Assembly (NCBI GenBank): GCA_016928575.1
Contig: JAFGKK010000057.1
Coordinates: forward strand, 93,386 to 157,385
Direction: 5' to 3'
Length of the DNA: 64,000 nt
Source of the DNA: Anaerolineales bacterium
GTDB taxonomy: Bacteria; Chloroflexota; Anaerolineae; Anaerolineales; RBG-16-64-43
The notes under the pieces are model-generated. The model was given only the letters and a program-made list of their open reading frames with translations, was not told the origin of the DNA and searched no databases. Positions 40,406 through 50,241 of the stretch are shown one piece after another. Numbering within the stretch: the first letter of the stretch is position 1; every line of letters starts with the position of its first letter. The position numbers and the translations under genes were made by a program.

Positions 40406-41164
40406 ATGCAAGCCTCCGCGTACACCGTACAACTTCCCGTATTTGAAGGACCGCTGGATCTGCTGCTGCATCTGATCGAGCGCGCGGAGCTTGACATCAC
40501 CCGCGTGGCGCTCTCGCAGGTCACCGATCAGTTCCTGGCCGCGTTGCGGGTGATGGAGGAGCGCAAGATGGACGTGGCGGCTTCGTTCATCGTCATCGCC
40601 TCGAGGCTTCTGCAGATCAAAAGCGAGGCCCTGCTGCCGCGTCCGCCGGAGCGGGAAATCGGCGAGGAGGATCCGGGCGAGGAGCTGGCCAGGCAGTTGC
40701 GGCTTTACAGGCAATTCAAGGAAGTGGCGCTGCTGCTGCACCGCCGCGAAGCGGACAACCTGCGCACCTTCCTGCGGCTGGCGCCGCCCCCGAAAGTTCC
40801 CCCGCGCTTGGATTGGAGTCGGATCTCGCTTGCCGCGCTGAAGAAGGCCGCCGAATTGGTGCTGGCCGTGCGGCCGGATCCGCCGCCGCTTGGGACGATG
40901 GTCGCGCCGCCGAAGGTCACCATCCGCGAACAGATCCGGCGCATCGTCGACAACATCCGCGCCGAAGGGCGCACGGTGTTCCAGAGGCTGATGCAGGGGG
41001 TCCGGTCGCGGATCGAGGTGGTGGTGGCATTCCTGGCGATGCTTGAATTGGTTAAAAGGCGCCATGTGATCGCACGCCAATCCGACCTCTTCGGCGAGAT
41101 CGAAATCGTCCCCACCGAAACCTTCACCGACCAGACCGACTTCGACCTGGAATTTGGCGAGTGA
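40406..41164 (+). CDS. scpA: Segregation and condensation protein A
   Basis: YTVQLPVFEGPLDLLLHLIERAELDITRVALSQVTDQFL is the ScpA N-terminus. The track start 40079 overlaps the divergent OsmC gene. Confidence 0.88.
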   Translation: MQASAYTVQLPVFEGPLDLLLHLIERAELDITRVALSQVTDQFLAALRVMEERKMDVAASFIVIASRLLQIKSEALLPRPPEREIGEEDPGEELARQLRLYRQFKEVALLLHRREADNLRTFLRLAPPPKVPPRLDWSRISLAALKKAAELVLAVRPDPPPLGTMVAPPKVTIREQIRRIVDNIRAEGRTVFQRLMQGVRSRIEVVVAFLAMLELVKRRHVIARQSDLFGEIEIVPTETFTDQTDFDLEFGE

Positions 41165-42900
41165 CGATGGAAATCCGCGTCCTCCCTCCCCAGATCGCTT
41201 CGCAAATCGCCGCCGGGGAAGTGGTGGAACGCCCGGCGTCGGTGGTGAAGGAGCTGGTGGAAAATTCCCTCGACGCCCACGCGCGGACCGTATCGATCGA
41301 AACGGAAGACGGCGGCGGCCGGAAGATCGTCGTCGCCGACGACGGCGATGGGATTCCCCCGGCGGACATCGCCCTGGCGCTGGAGCGGCACGCCACCAGC
41401 AAGCTCGCCGACATCGGGGACTTGGATTCGATCCATACGCTGGGATTCCGCGGCGAGGCGCTGGCTTCGATTGCGGCGGTGTCGCGGATCACCCTGGTGA
41501 GTCGCGGCCGCTCGCAGACCCACGGCGCGCGATTGTCGGAGGAGGACGGGCGGCGCGGAAAGCCGGTCCCCGTCGGTGCGCCGCAGGGAACGGTGGTGAC
41601 GGTCGAGGACCTCTTCTTCAATGTTCCCGCGCGGCGGAAATTTCTGAAAACCCCAGCCGCCGAACGGCGTCTGATCGATTCGTTGATCGCGAAATTCGCG
41701 CTGGCGTACCCGGAAGTCCGCTTCCGGCTGGTTCAGGATGGGCGCGAGACTCTGGCGGTGAGCGGAAACGGGGACCGCCGCGAAGTCCTGGCCGCGGCGT
41801 TCGGACTGGACGCGGCGCAGAGGATGATCGAAATTCCGGAGCCCGTTGCGGAGGGGCCGATGCGGGTGGGGGGGTACGTCAGCCCGACCGACCTCTCGCG
41901 CTCCAACCGTAAGGCCATCCTGGTGTTCGTCAACCGGCGGCCGATCTCCGATCCGGCCTTGACCACCGCCGTGGTCCAGGCGTATCACACCCTGCTGATG
42001 GTCGGACGCTACCCGATCGCGGCGGTCTTCCTGGAAATGCCGCCGGAGGAGCTGGACGTCAACGTCCATCCCGCCAAAGCCGAGGTGCGTTTCCGCACCC
42101 CGGACGCGGTCTTCTCTGCGGTCCAGCGCGCGGTCCGAACAGCCCTGCTGGGGGGCGGATCCGGGATGGGCGCCGCGGCCGCGACTCCCTGGCCGGCGCG
42201 GGATTGGGGAAGGGGACACGACGGCGTCCCCGGCCCGGAGTGGCGGCTCGACCACCGCGCCGAATCCGAAGCGCCGGACGGCGTGGGGACGGCCGCCGCC
42301 GCTGGCCCCGGACTCGCGCCGGGCGAGGTCGCGCTGCTCCGTCCGGTCGGGCAAATCGGAACGGCGTACCTGGTGGCGGAAGGTCCGGACGGACTGTATC
42401 TGATCGACCAGCACGCCGCCCACGAACGGGTGCTGTTTGAGGCGATGCGGAACGAACCCTCGGGGGACCACGTTTCGCAAAGGCTGCTCGATCCGGAGGT
42501 GGTCGAGCTTACCGCGGCCCAGGCCGGGGTGCTTTCCGGACAGCTCGATCTTCTGCGGGGGATCGGCTTCGACGTGGAGCCGTTCGGCGGCGCGGCGTTC
42601 CGCGTGCGGTCGGTCCCGCAACTGCTGGGAGGCTTGCGACCGGCCGAAGCCCTGCTGGCGGCGGTGGAGGATTTCGAAGAGGACGAAACCCCGCTGGCGG
42701 CCGAAGCCGAAGCGCGGCTGATCGCGCGGATATGCAAACGCGCCGCCGTGAAGGCGGGGCAGGCCCTCAGCGCGGAAGAACAGGCGGCTCTTCTCCAAGC
42801 CCTGGAGCGGTGCCAATCGCCCCGCACCTGTCCGCACGGCCGCCCGACGATGATCCACCTGCCGATGGACCTGCTCGCGCGGCGGTTCGGCAGGAAGTAG
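41161..42900 (+). CDS. mutL: DNA mismatch repair protein MutL
   Basis: IRVLPPQIASQIAAGEVVERPASVVKELVENSLDA (GHKL ATPase) and a C-terminal dimerisation/endonuclease region. GTG 41161 overlaps the scpA stop; ATG 41167 is an alternative start. Confidence 0.95.
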   Translation: MTMEIRVLPPQIASQIAAGEVVERPASVVKELVENSLDAHARTVSIETEDGGGRKIVVADDGDGIPPADIALALERHATSKLADIGDLDSIHTLGFRGEALASIAAVSRITLVSRGRSQTHGARLSEEDGRRGKPVPVGAPQGTVVTVEDLFFNVPARRKFLKTPAAERRLIDSLIAKFALAYPEVRFRLVQDGRETLAVSGNGDRREVLAAAFGLDAAQRMIEIPEPVAEGPMRVGGYVSPTDLSRSNRKAILVFVNRRPISDPALTTAVVQAYHTLLMVGRYPIAAVFLEMPPEELDVNVHPAKAEVRFRTPDAVFSAVQRAVRTALLGGGSGMGAAAATPWPARDWGRGHDGVPGPEWRLDHRAESEAPDGVGTAAAAGPGLAPGEVALLRPVGQIGTAYLVAEGPDGLYLIDQHAAHERVLFEAMRNEPSGDHVSQRLLDPEVVELTAAQAGVLSGQLDLLRGIGFDVEPFGGAAFRVRSVPQLLGGLRPAEALLAAVEDFEEDETPLAAEAEARLIARICKRAAVKAGQALSAEEQAALLQALERCQSPRTCPHGRPTMIHLPMDLLARRFGRK

Positions 42901-42915
42901 GGCGGTGCGCACCCG

Positions 42916-44247
42916 TCAGTTCCAATTGATGATCGGCTGATTGACCTGGACTTTGTAACCCGGTCGGGCGCGCAGCATCGGAATCAATTCCTCCAAGTAC
43001 TGCTTGGAAATATCCGGCGAGAGGAACACGGCGCCTGAAAACAACTGCCCTTCGTCCTGCAAGAATCCGGACCGGCGCGCATCGCCCACCACATCCTGGT
43101 AATCCGTCCACAAATACACGCCGACCGTCACCCAGACTCCGCAGGGAATGGCGTAGCCGTCCAGCACTTTCAAGGTTTCGGCTACGGTTTGCGGGGATTC
43201 TCCCGGCGCGCCGATCATGATCGAAACGCCGAAAGGGAGCTTGGACCGTGAGAGGGCGTCCAGCGATTCGCGCACATGGCGCGCGGAGTAGCCGCGCCGC
43301 ATGCTTTTCAGCATGGAATCCGACGCCGATTCGACCGCCAGGTTGACGTACACGCATCCGGATTCCTCCATCAGGCGACAGAAATCGTCGCTGACGCCGA
43401 GCGGCTTGAGGTCGCCGGTGCCCCAGGCGACATTCAGGCGCTCATCGCGGAGGACGCGGCAGATCGCCTCCGCGTGCCGGCGCGGCACGTTGAAGCTGTT
43501 GTCGCAGAACAGGATCCGGTTGTTCCGCGCGTGGCGGAGGATGTGGCGGATCTCCGCCAGGACCCGCGACGGGGATTTCAGCCGGTATCCTCTGCCTTCG
43601 AGTTTTCCATACGGGCAAAAGGTGCAGAGGAAGGCGCATCCGCGTTTGGTGAAGATGGCCGGATCGATGTGATGATCCGGGAACCCGGCAAGGTCGAATA
43701 ACTCGTAGGCGGGGAGCGCCGCGCGTTCCCAATCCTCCACCCGGCGCGGGGGAACGGAGACAATCCGGCCGCCGCTGCGCCGCACGCAACCCGGAACGGA
43801 TGCGGGATCTCCTCCCTCCGCCATCCGCTGCAGGAACAGTGGGAAGGCTTCTTCACCCTCGCCGCGGATCCCGTACTCCAGATCCAAATACTCCAGCCAG
43901 TCTGCGGCATAATAATTGAAACCCGGCCCGCCCAGAACGATCAACGCCCGGGAGTTGCGGCGGACGATGTCCACCATTTGTCTGACGTCCGGACGCAGAT
44001 CCCGGTGCCGGGTCCCCCAGGGAGCGCTGGGATCCAAGGCATCCTCATGCACCACGCGGATGGATAAGCCGACCACATCCGGGCGAAAGCTGAGCAGTTC
44101 CTCGGGCAGGGCGTGCGCCAAATCGCCGGAGAGCAGGTTTTCGTAGACGGCCACCGTATGCCCGGCCGCGCGCAACGCGCCGGCGACGTACGCCGGACCG
44201 ATGGGCGCAGCCGGCGGAGTGCTGGAAGAAACGATAAGTACTTTCAT
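42916..44247 (-). CDS. B12-binding-domain radical SAM protein (class B), substrate unknown
   Basis: N-terminal Rossmann-like B12-binding segment (MKVLIVSSS...GPAYVAGALRAAGH), then the radical SAM cluster motif RGCAFLCTFCPY. Confidence 0.8.
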   Translation of the reverse strand: MKVLIVSSSTPPAAPIGPAYVAGALRAAGHTVAVYENLLSGDLAHALPEELLSFRPDVVGLSIRVVHEDALDPSAPWGTRHRDLRPDVRQMVDIVRRNSRALIVLGGPGFNYYAADWLEYLDLEYGIRGEGEEAFPLFLQRMAEGGDPASVPGCVRRSGGRIVSVPPRRVEDWERAALPAYELFDLAGFPDHHIDPAIFTKRGCAFLCTFCPYGKLEGRGYRLKSPSRVLAEIRHILRHARNNRILFCDNSFNVPRRHAEAICRVLRDERLNVAWGTGDLKPLGVSDDFCRLMEESGCVYVNLAVESASDSMLKSMRRGYSARHVRESLDALSRSKLPFGVSIMIGAPGESPQTVAETLKVLDGYAIPCGVWVTVGVYLWTDYQDVVGDARRSGFLQDEGQLFSGAVFLSPDISKQYLEELIPMLRARPGYKVQVNQPIINWN

Positions 44248-44277
44248 GAAGACTCCCAACGGATTGCGGTCGGGGGG

Positions 44278-44907
44278 TTATCTTTCGCTCCCCGCCGAAG
44301 CAAGGATGAATTTCCGATGGAGCGACGCGGCCCATTCCCGGATCGCTTTCCAATTGCGGAAATCCCCCGGTGCCGCGTGGATGATCAGCCGCACGAAAAG
44401 CCCGTATATCGGCCCCAGGACGGAAAAGTCGAGTTTGCCGGTGAAAAAGGCGGCGCTCACAGGCAGGATCCGGGGCGTCTTTTTCAGTACCGGGGCAAGA
44501 TAGTTGGGCAGGGTGGCGTAGCGCTCCTTGAGGCTCAAACGGGATGGATCGCGCGGAGGCTTGGGAAGCGTGGAGTCGATATACACCGGAACCTTGCCGA
44601 CGCGTTCCTCTTTCGGCTGGGTCAGGGACATTGCCGGAAAGAAATAAGCGACAGCCATCCGGCCCAACTCCTGTTCTCGCCGGCGGACGAAATTCATCGC
44701 CTCCCTGTGCCAGCCGATCATCATCGGTCCGCCCACGACGGCGGCCGAATAATCCTCCAGGCCTTCCACCTCACCCACGCTGAGGACATCCGCTTTGTAG
44801 CCCGCCCGGGCGAGTTCCTCCCCGATCACGCGGGCTATTTCGGCGGTCGAACCGGCGTGGGTGGCATAGGCGACCAGGCAGCGATTTCCGTTATTCGTTG
44901 GCGTCAT
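44278..44907 (-). CDS. Flavodoxin-domain protein (long, HemG/Flavodoxin_5-like)
   Basis: CLVAYATHAGSTAEIARVIGEEL...YSAAVVGGPMMIGWH is a flavodoxin-like FMN-binding pattern. Immediately upstream of the radical SAM gene on the same strand. Confidence 0.75.
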   Translation of the reverse strand: MTPTNNGNRCLVAYATHAGSTAEIARVIGEELARAGYKADVLSVGEVEGLEDYSAAVVGGPMMIGWHREAMNFVRRREQELGRMAVAYFFPAMSLTQPKEERVGKVPVYIDSTLPKPPRDPSRLSLKERYATLPNYLAPVLKKTPRILPVSAAFFTGKLDFSVLGPIYGLFVRLIIHAAPGDFRNWKAIREWAASLHRKFILASAGSER

Positions 44908-45004
44908 TTATTTTTCTCCCATGGCGATTTTCATCCCAGATTCTTTTAAGTCCCGGTAACTGAGTCTCACTCGGATGACAACTCTTATGCGGAGAATTTT
45001 CATT

Positions 45005-45027
45005 AAATGTGGACAACGTCCACATTT
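45005..45027. promoter_or_regulatory. Perfect 10-bp inverted repeat, candidate TetR operator
   Basis: AAATGTGGAC-AAC-GTCCACATTT in the divergent flavodoxin/TetR intergenic region. Confidence 0.5.
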
Positions 45028-45047
45028 TTCCTTATTCTACTCCCGGT

Positions 45048-45078
45048 TGTTGACTTTGTCAACATCCTTTGGTAGATT
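45048..45078 (+). promoter_or_regulatory. Candidate tetR promoter with overlapping second palindrome
   Basis: TTGACT (45050-45055), 17-nt spacer, TAGATT (45073-45078). Palindrome TGTTGAC-TTT-GTCAACA (45048-45064) covers the -35 box. GGAGGAGGG precedes ATG 45102. Confidence 0.45.
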
Positions 45079-45101
45079 GAATAGCGGAAACCGGAGGAGG
45101 G

Positions 45102-45752
45102 ATGGAGAAGAAGAAAACAAAATATCATCACAGCGATTTGCGGAAAAAATTGATCGACGAGGCGACCCGGATCATCGCCGAAAAGGGGGCGGGCGCGCTC
45201 ACCTTGCGGGATCTGGCCCGGCGTTGCGGCGTCTCTCGGACGGCACCCTACCGCCATTTTCCCGATAAGTCGGAGCTCCTGGCGGCGGTGGCCGAGGTCG
45301 GATTCCTCGAGCTATCCGCCGCCATTAAAAAGGTGCGCGTTGAAAAAAGCGGCGATCCCGTCCGGGCGATTGAGGCATGCCTGCTCGCCTACGTGGATTT
45401 TGCCGAGAAGCAACCCGCCCAATACAGGCTCATGTTCGGCCGACAAATTAGAAGCCTAATCGAGAATCCCGGGCTGGCGGCTTCCTCGAGCGCGGCCTTT
45501 GAGGAGTTGGTGTCCGTGATCCGGATGGGACAGGAGGGGGGCTGTCTGGGACAAGAACGGACGGTCGAATTGGCATACCTCCTGTGGTCGAAAGCGCATG
45601 GCCTTTCGATGTTGCTGATCGACGGGTTGATCGCGCAGGTCGGCGACGTCCGCCGATTCATCCGGTTCGCTTGCCGGTCGTTCTTGGTTGGAATTCCGGA
45701 GGCATGGTCGGAATACGGCGGCCCAGAATCCGCCACAGAGAGCCGGCCATAA
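45102..45752 (+). CDS. TetR/AcrR-family transcriptional regulator
   Basis: N-terminal HTH: LRKKLIDEATRIIAEKGAGALTLRDLARRCGVSRTAPYRHFPDK. Confidence 0.92.
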   Translation: MEKKKTKYHHSDLRKKLIDEATRIIAEKGAGALTLRDLARRCGVSRTAPYRHFPDKSELLAAVAEVGFLELSAAIKKVRVEKSGDPVRAIEACLLAYVDFAEKQPAQYRLMFGRQIRSLIENPGLAASSSAAFEELVSVIRMGQEGGCLGQERTVELAYLLWSKAHGLSMLLIDGLIAQVGDVRRFIRFACRSFLVGIPEAWSEYGGPESATESRP

Positions 45753-45937
45753 TCGCCGGAAAAAGCCGTTCCGAGCACCCCAGACCGCGGGGCGGAGCTT
45801 GGCGGGCAAGCGCGGGGTCTGAACGGGCGGGCAAAGATGCTTCGCTGCGCTCAGCCTGACGCCCTTTTTCCGCGGTTTCACGTATCGGCGGGCCGTGACG
45901 CCCGAATGCACTTCCCGGGCGTCCGCCGGCTGTGCCA

Positions 45938-45972
45938 TAAAAAGAAAATCCCGGGCACCGGCCCGGGATTTT
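45938..45972 (-). terminator. Rho-independent terminator (strong on minus strand, possibly bidirectional)
   Basis: AAAATCCCGGGC-ACCG-GCCCGGGATTTT, a 12-bp stem. On the minus strand it is followed by TTTTCTTTTTAT. Confidence 0.8.
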
Positions 45973-45990
45973 CCGTCGGCGTCGGCGGAA

Positions 45991-46461
45991 TCATAATTGT
46001 TCCTGCTGCTGCGCGGCTTTTTCCTCGTTCATTTTCACAATCCCATTCCGCACCTGTTGCAGCAGGCGACTCATCTCGGCTTCGAGCCGGGAGAGGGATT
46101 CCAGAACGTAGTCGTCGGCTTCGCCGCGGATTCCGGCGGCGTCCTCGCGCGCCTGCTGGACGATTTGCTCGGCACGGGCTTCGGCGGCCGAGGTGATCGA
46201 ATCGTGCTGGACAAGGTTTTCCATCCGTTCGCGGGCGATGTTAACCGTGCGCTGGGCTTCTTCCTGCGCCTGCGCCAGGTAGCGCTCTTTTTGGGTCACC
46301 ACCTGCTGCGCTTTTTTCACTTCCTCGGGGATGGCGATGCGCAATTGGTCGATCAGCTCGAGGAATCGCTCCTCATTGACCGCCGTTTCGTTGGTGAAGG
46401 GGATATGGAACCCGCTGTTGAACAACTCCTCCAACCGGTCCACCAGGTGAAGGATGTCCAT
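45991..46461 (-). CDS. Coiled-coil protein (ATP-synthase-b / DivIVA-like composition), function unknown
   Basis: MDILHLVDRLEELFNSG... followed by a long heptad-like Q/E/A/R-rich helix. Downstream of coaD on the same strand. Track start 46536 trimmed to ATG 46461. Confidence 0.6.
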   Translation of the reverse strand: MDILHLVDRLEELFNSGFHIPFTNETAVNEERFLELIDQLRIAIPEEVKKAQQVVTQKERYLAQAQEEAQRTVNIARERMENLVQHDSITSAAEARAEQIVQQAREDAAGIRGEADDYVLESLSRLEAEMSRLLQQVRNGIVKMNEEKAAQQQEQL

Positions 46462-46570
46462 CGATGCCTCCGTGAACCGCCGGGCCGGAACCGGGCGGCG
46501 ACGGGATTGGGTGCAAAAACCATACCGAGGGTACACCGAAGCGTGTTTTCCGTCAATTCAGGCCGGATTC

Positions 46571-47098
46571 CTAATCCCGCAATGAGGTGATCGGCATCAT
46601 CCGCGGACCGTCCTCGCCGAGCTCCTTGAATCTGCGCACCACCGCCTCCGCCACGTGCCGGGGAACCATGCTGGCGATGTCGCCGCCCAACGAGGCGATC
46701 TCGCGCACGGTGGAGGACGACAAGAACGAGTGCTCCTCGCTGGTGATCAGGGCCACCACTTCGATTTCGGGCGCCAGGCGGTGGTTGGCCAACGCCATGC
46801 GGAACTCGTGCTCGAAGTCGGAAAACACGCGCAGGCCGCGGACGATCACCTGGGCGTCGATTTTTTGGCACAGCGCGACGGTCAGGCTTTGATAGCCGAT
46901 CACCTTGAATTGCGGCCGCCCCTCGAACGTCTGCTTGGCCAGTTCGATCCGCTCCTCGGGGCTGAAGAGCAGGTTCTTGAGCGGACGGTTGTAGACGGCG
47001 ATCACCACTTCTTGGAACAGCCGGGCCGCCCGCTGGGCGATGTCGATGTGTCCGTAGTGGATCGGGTCGAACGTTCCCGGAAAAATGGCTCGCACCAT
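46571..47098 (-). CDS. coaD: Phosphopantetheine adenylyltransferase
   Basis: AIFPGTFDPIHYGHIDI (T/HxGH nucleotidyl-transferase motif), ...SSSTVREI. Confidence 0.95.
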   Translation of the reverse strand: MVRAIFPGTFDPIHYGHIDIAQRAARLFQEVVIAVYNRPLKNLLFSPEERIELAKQTFEGRPQFKVIGYQSLTVALCQKIDAQVIVRGLRVFSDFEHEFRMALANHRLAPEIEVVALITSEEHSFLSSSTVREIASLGGDIASMVPRHVAEAVVRRFKELGEDGPRMMPITSLRD

Positions 47099-47177
47099 AG
47101 CGTCCCTTCCCGTCTACGGAGGCGCTTTCCCGGCCTCCGCTTGCGCTTCGTCCGCGGCGCGGGCGGCCGAACCCGCA

Positions 47178-49613
47178 TTAGGAGATTTCCCCCGAATCCG
47201 GTTTCCAGCGAGCGGCCAGCCGCTCGGCCATCAGGCGGTGCTCGGGCGACTGCAGGTCGGGATCCTGCGCGAAAATTTTCTGCGCGGCGTCACGCGCCCG
47301 TTCGATCAGGCGCACGTCGAGCAGGCGCGCCATATCCACGTCGGCAAACCCGGATTGCCGGGTGCCGAAGAATTCGCCGGGCCCGCGCTGTTCCAGATCC
47401 CGTTCGGCCAGGGCGAATCCGTCCTGGGTTTCCTCCATCGCCCGCAGCCGTTCGTTTTCCGTCTGGTCCTCGCTGTCGGCCACCAGGATGCAATAAGAGG
47501 CGTGCCGGCTGCGGCCGACCCGCCCGCGGAACTGGTGCAGCTGGGCCAGCCCGAAGCGGTTGGCGCCTTCCACCATCATCACGCTGGCGTTGGGGATGTC
47601 GACCCCGACTTCCACCACCGAGGTGGAAACGAGGATGTGCAGTTCGCCGAACCGGAAACGGCGCATGACCTCGTCCTTATCGTCGCTCCGCATCCGACCG
47701 TGTAGCAGCCCGAGCTTCCATTCCGGGAAGACGCTTTCCTGCAGGCGTTTGTGCTCCTCCACCGCGGCCGCCGCCTCGCCGGTCTCGCCCTCTTCGATCC
47801 GCGGGCAGATGACGAACGCCTGGCGACCCCGGCGCAGCTGTCCGGCGATGAACGCGTACGCCCGTTCCCGTTCCCCCGGCAGGAGGATTCGGGTGGTGAC
47901 CGGCTTGCGGCCCGGCGGCATCTCGTCGAGAAGCGTGAGGTCGAGGTCGCCGTAGATGGTCAGCGCCAGCGACCGGGGAATCGGGGTGGCGGTCATCACC
48001 AGCAGGTGGGGGCTGGTCCCTTTGGCGCGCAGGGCGGCCCGCTGATCCACTCCGAAACGGTGCTGTTCGTCGATCACCGCCAAGTCGAGCCGCGCGAATT
48101 CCACCGGACTCTCGAGCAGGGCATGCGTTCCCACGATCACGCCGATCCGGCCGGACGCCAGGTTTTGGCGGATCTCCCGCTTTTCGGATTCGGGCGTCGA
48201 GCCGAGCAGCAATCCGACCTGCTCCTCGCGCAGGAATTTGTCCTCCCGCACCGCGAGCGACCGGATCAAGGCATGGTGCTGCTCGGCGAGGATGCCGGTG
48301 GGTGCGAGGACTGCGGCCTGCCCGCCCTGGATAGCGACCACCAGACAAGCGGCCAGGGCGACGATCGTCTTCCCGGAGCCCACATCCCCCTCCAGCAGAC
48401 GGTTCATCGGCTTTCCGGATTCCAAATCGGCGAGCACTTCGCGGACCGCTTTCTGCTGGGCGTCGGTCAGCGCGTAGGGCAGGGAGGAGAGGAATTCCTC
48501 CAGCGCCGGCGGCTTGGCATACACCCGGGCCTCCCCGGAAATCCAATTCCGCCGCTGTTGAAGGATTCCCAACTGGAGATAAAGCAATTCCTCGAACCCC
48601 AGCCGGTCCTTGGCGTTTTTTTGCGACTCCCACGAAGACGGGAAATGGATGTTATGCAGGGCTTGGCCGAGGGGCATCCAGTGCCCTTCATCGAGGATCT
48701 CGCCGGGAAGCGGATCGGGCAGGCGCGAGGCCAGCCGCGACACGGCGTTGTGGATGTGCCGGCGCAGAAAGTTCTGATTAACCCCGGCCGTCAGCGAATA
48801 GACGGGCACGATCCCGCCGGTGCGGACCTGCTGGCGGTCCAGGAATTCCCATTCCGGCATGGTCATCGTCAGCCGGCCGAGGTACTGGCCGATCTTTCCG
48901 GAGAGGGAGAGCAGCTGCCCCTTCCGCAGACGGGATTCGATCCACGGCTGGTTGAAGAAGGTCACCAGCAGGGAGCCGCTGCCGTCGCCGACGGTCACTT
49001 CGGTGACGGTGCCGCGTTTGGTGCGGCGGGTGGAGGAATCGCGCACGGAGGCGAGGACGGTGACCGTCTCGCCGTACCAAAGACGGTTGATCGGCTTCAG
49101 CATGGAGTAGTCCATGTATCGCCGGGGGAAGTACCACAGCAGATCGCCGATCGTGTTCAGGCCGAGCCGCTGAAAAGATTCCAAGTTCTTCTCCCCGACG
49201 CCCACCAGCCGCCGGAGAGGGGCCTGCAGTTCGCGAATCGTCAGCGGAGCCGGCCCGGGCGCCGTCCGCGAAGAACGATCGGCCTGCGGGGCGGAGGCGG
49301 AAGGCTCCGCATCTTGGACCGGCGGAATCCCGCGGGAAGCCGGAACAGGAGCCGGATCCGCGCCCCGGGGGGCGCCGGCTGGATCCGCCGACCCGCCTGC
49401 GGATTCCAATTCCTGCGCCAGGGCTTGCAGGGCGGCGGCTCTTTCCTCTGTGGACCGGCTGTGATAAGCGCCCAACCAATCCGATACGCTTGCAATCAGG
49501 GCGTCGGGGACCGATTCCTTCCGGGCGTTCTGGTTCCACGTCGGGGAAAAATTGGCGAAGCCGCCCTGAACGCATTGATCCAAATACCCCATGTCCGCTT
49601 CGTTGCGAAGCAT
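47178..49613 (-). CDS. recG: ATP-dependent DNA helicase RecG
   Basis: Wedge/OB region, helicase motifs GDVGSGKT, DEQHRFGV, MTATPIPRSL, and the TRG motif. The N-terminus carries a low-complexity extension of about 130 aa. Start is ATG 49613 or 49592; the track over-extends to 50129. Confidence 0.93.
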   Translation of the reverse strand: MLRNEADMGYLDQCVQGGFANFSPTWNQNARKESVPDALIASVSDWLGAYHSRSTEERAAALQALAQELESAGGSADPAGAPRGADPAPVPASRGIPPVQDAEPSASAPQADRSSRTAPGPAPLTIRELQAPLRRLVGVGEKNLESFQRLGLNTIGDLLWYFPRRYMDYSMLKPINRLWYGETVTVLASVRDSSTRRTKRGTVTEVTVGDGSGSLLVTFFNQPWIESRLRKGQLLSLSGKIGQYLGRLTMTMPEWEFLDRQQVRTGGIVPVYSLTAGVNQNFLRRHIHNAVSRLASRLPDPLPGEILDEGHWMPLGQALHNIHFPSSWESQKNAKDRLGFEELLYLQLGILQQRRNWISGEARVYAKPPALEEFLSSLPYALTDAQQKAVREVLADLESGKPMNRLLEGDVGSGKTIVALAACLVVAIQGGQAAVLAPTGILAEQHHALIRSLAVREDKFLREEQVGLLLGSTPESEKREIRQNLASGRIGVIVGTHALLESPVEFARLDLAVIDEQHRFGVDQRAALRAKGTSPHLLVMTATPIPRSLALTIYGDLDLTLLDEMPPGRKPVTTRILLPGERERAYAFIAGQLRRGRQAFVICPRIEEGETGEAAAAVEEHKRLQESVFPEWKLGLLHGRMRSDDKDEVMRRFRFGELHILVSTSVVEVGVDIPNASVMMVEGANRFGLAQLHQFRGRVGRSRHASYCILVADSEDQTENERLRAMEETQDGFALAERDLEQRGPGEFFGTRQSGFADVDMARLLDVRLIERARDAAQKIFAQDPDLQSPEHRLMAERLAARWKPDSGEIS

Positions 49614-49669
49614 TTTTATCAAGGTCTCGATTATGGAAACCGTCAAGTGGATTTGCCTTTGGATGGGAT

Positions 49670-50230
49670 TTACCGTCCGGCAAGCCGGAAGAGGTGGGAA
49701 AAGAATTCCGTCAATCCGGCGATCAACGAATACAAGCCCAGCACCAACACGGGCCAAAAGAAGTAGCCGTTGGCCAGGACAAAAACCGCGGTGATGAGGT
49801 CCCGACTCACGCCGATGTCCTGGCCCAGAGTATACAGCGTTCTCCAAAAATCCGGGAGGACATCGTAGCGCTGGAGAGTCTCGAGCGCGGTGCGCGTATC
49901 CGGGAGGAGGCCGTAATGGATGGCGAAGTCGTTGGCCAGGTAGAGAAAGTCCGGAAGCGGGCGGCCGATCAACGGTTCGAAGATTGCCAGGACCGCGTAG
50001 CCGGCGGCCAGAGCCCCGGCCAAGACGGCCATCACCGAGGAGGTTAGGTTGATCGGAAGGTGCCGCCGGTCGATCACTTCGGCGTAGGCTTCCTCTACGT
50101 CCGCCACCAAGGCCTGGGCACGGTTCCAATCCATCCGGCCGCGTTGGCAGACGTAGAGGATGACGTCGTCCCGGTTGGCGGCCGCCGACAGCCGGTCGAC
50201 GATGTATTTCGTAAGTTGCCGGGTATCCAT
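49670..50230 (-). CDS. Membrane protein, unknown function
   Basis: 186 aa from MDTRQLTKYIVDRL... with three hydrophobic segments. Fits exactly between the degV stop (50242) and the recG start. The track ORF over-extends to 51394 through degV. Confidence 0.55.
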   Translation of the reverse strand: MDTRQLTKYIVDRLSAAANRDDVILYVCQRGRMDWNRAQALVADVEEAYAEVIDRRHLPINLTSSVMAVLAGALAAGYAVLAIFEPLIGRPLPDFLYLANDFAIHYGLLPDTRTALETLQRYDVLPDFWRTLYTLGQDIGVSRDLITAVFVLANGYFFWPVLVLGLYSLIAGLTEFFSHLFRLAGR

Positions 50231-50241
50231 CGGGGGACGGG

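Noticed and set aside
40705-42912. 735-aa minus-strand ORF
   Set aside because: Antisense to scpA/mutL, both of which carry unmistakable family motifs. The antisense product is R/G/P-rich low complexity.
47751-49766. 671-aa plus-strand ORF
   Set aside because: Antisense to recG (helicase motifs on the minus strand are unambiguous), with artefact composition.
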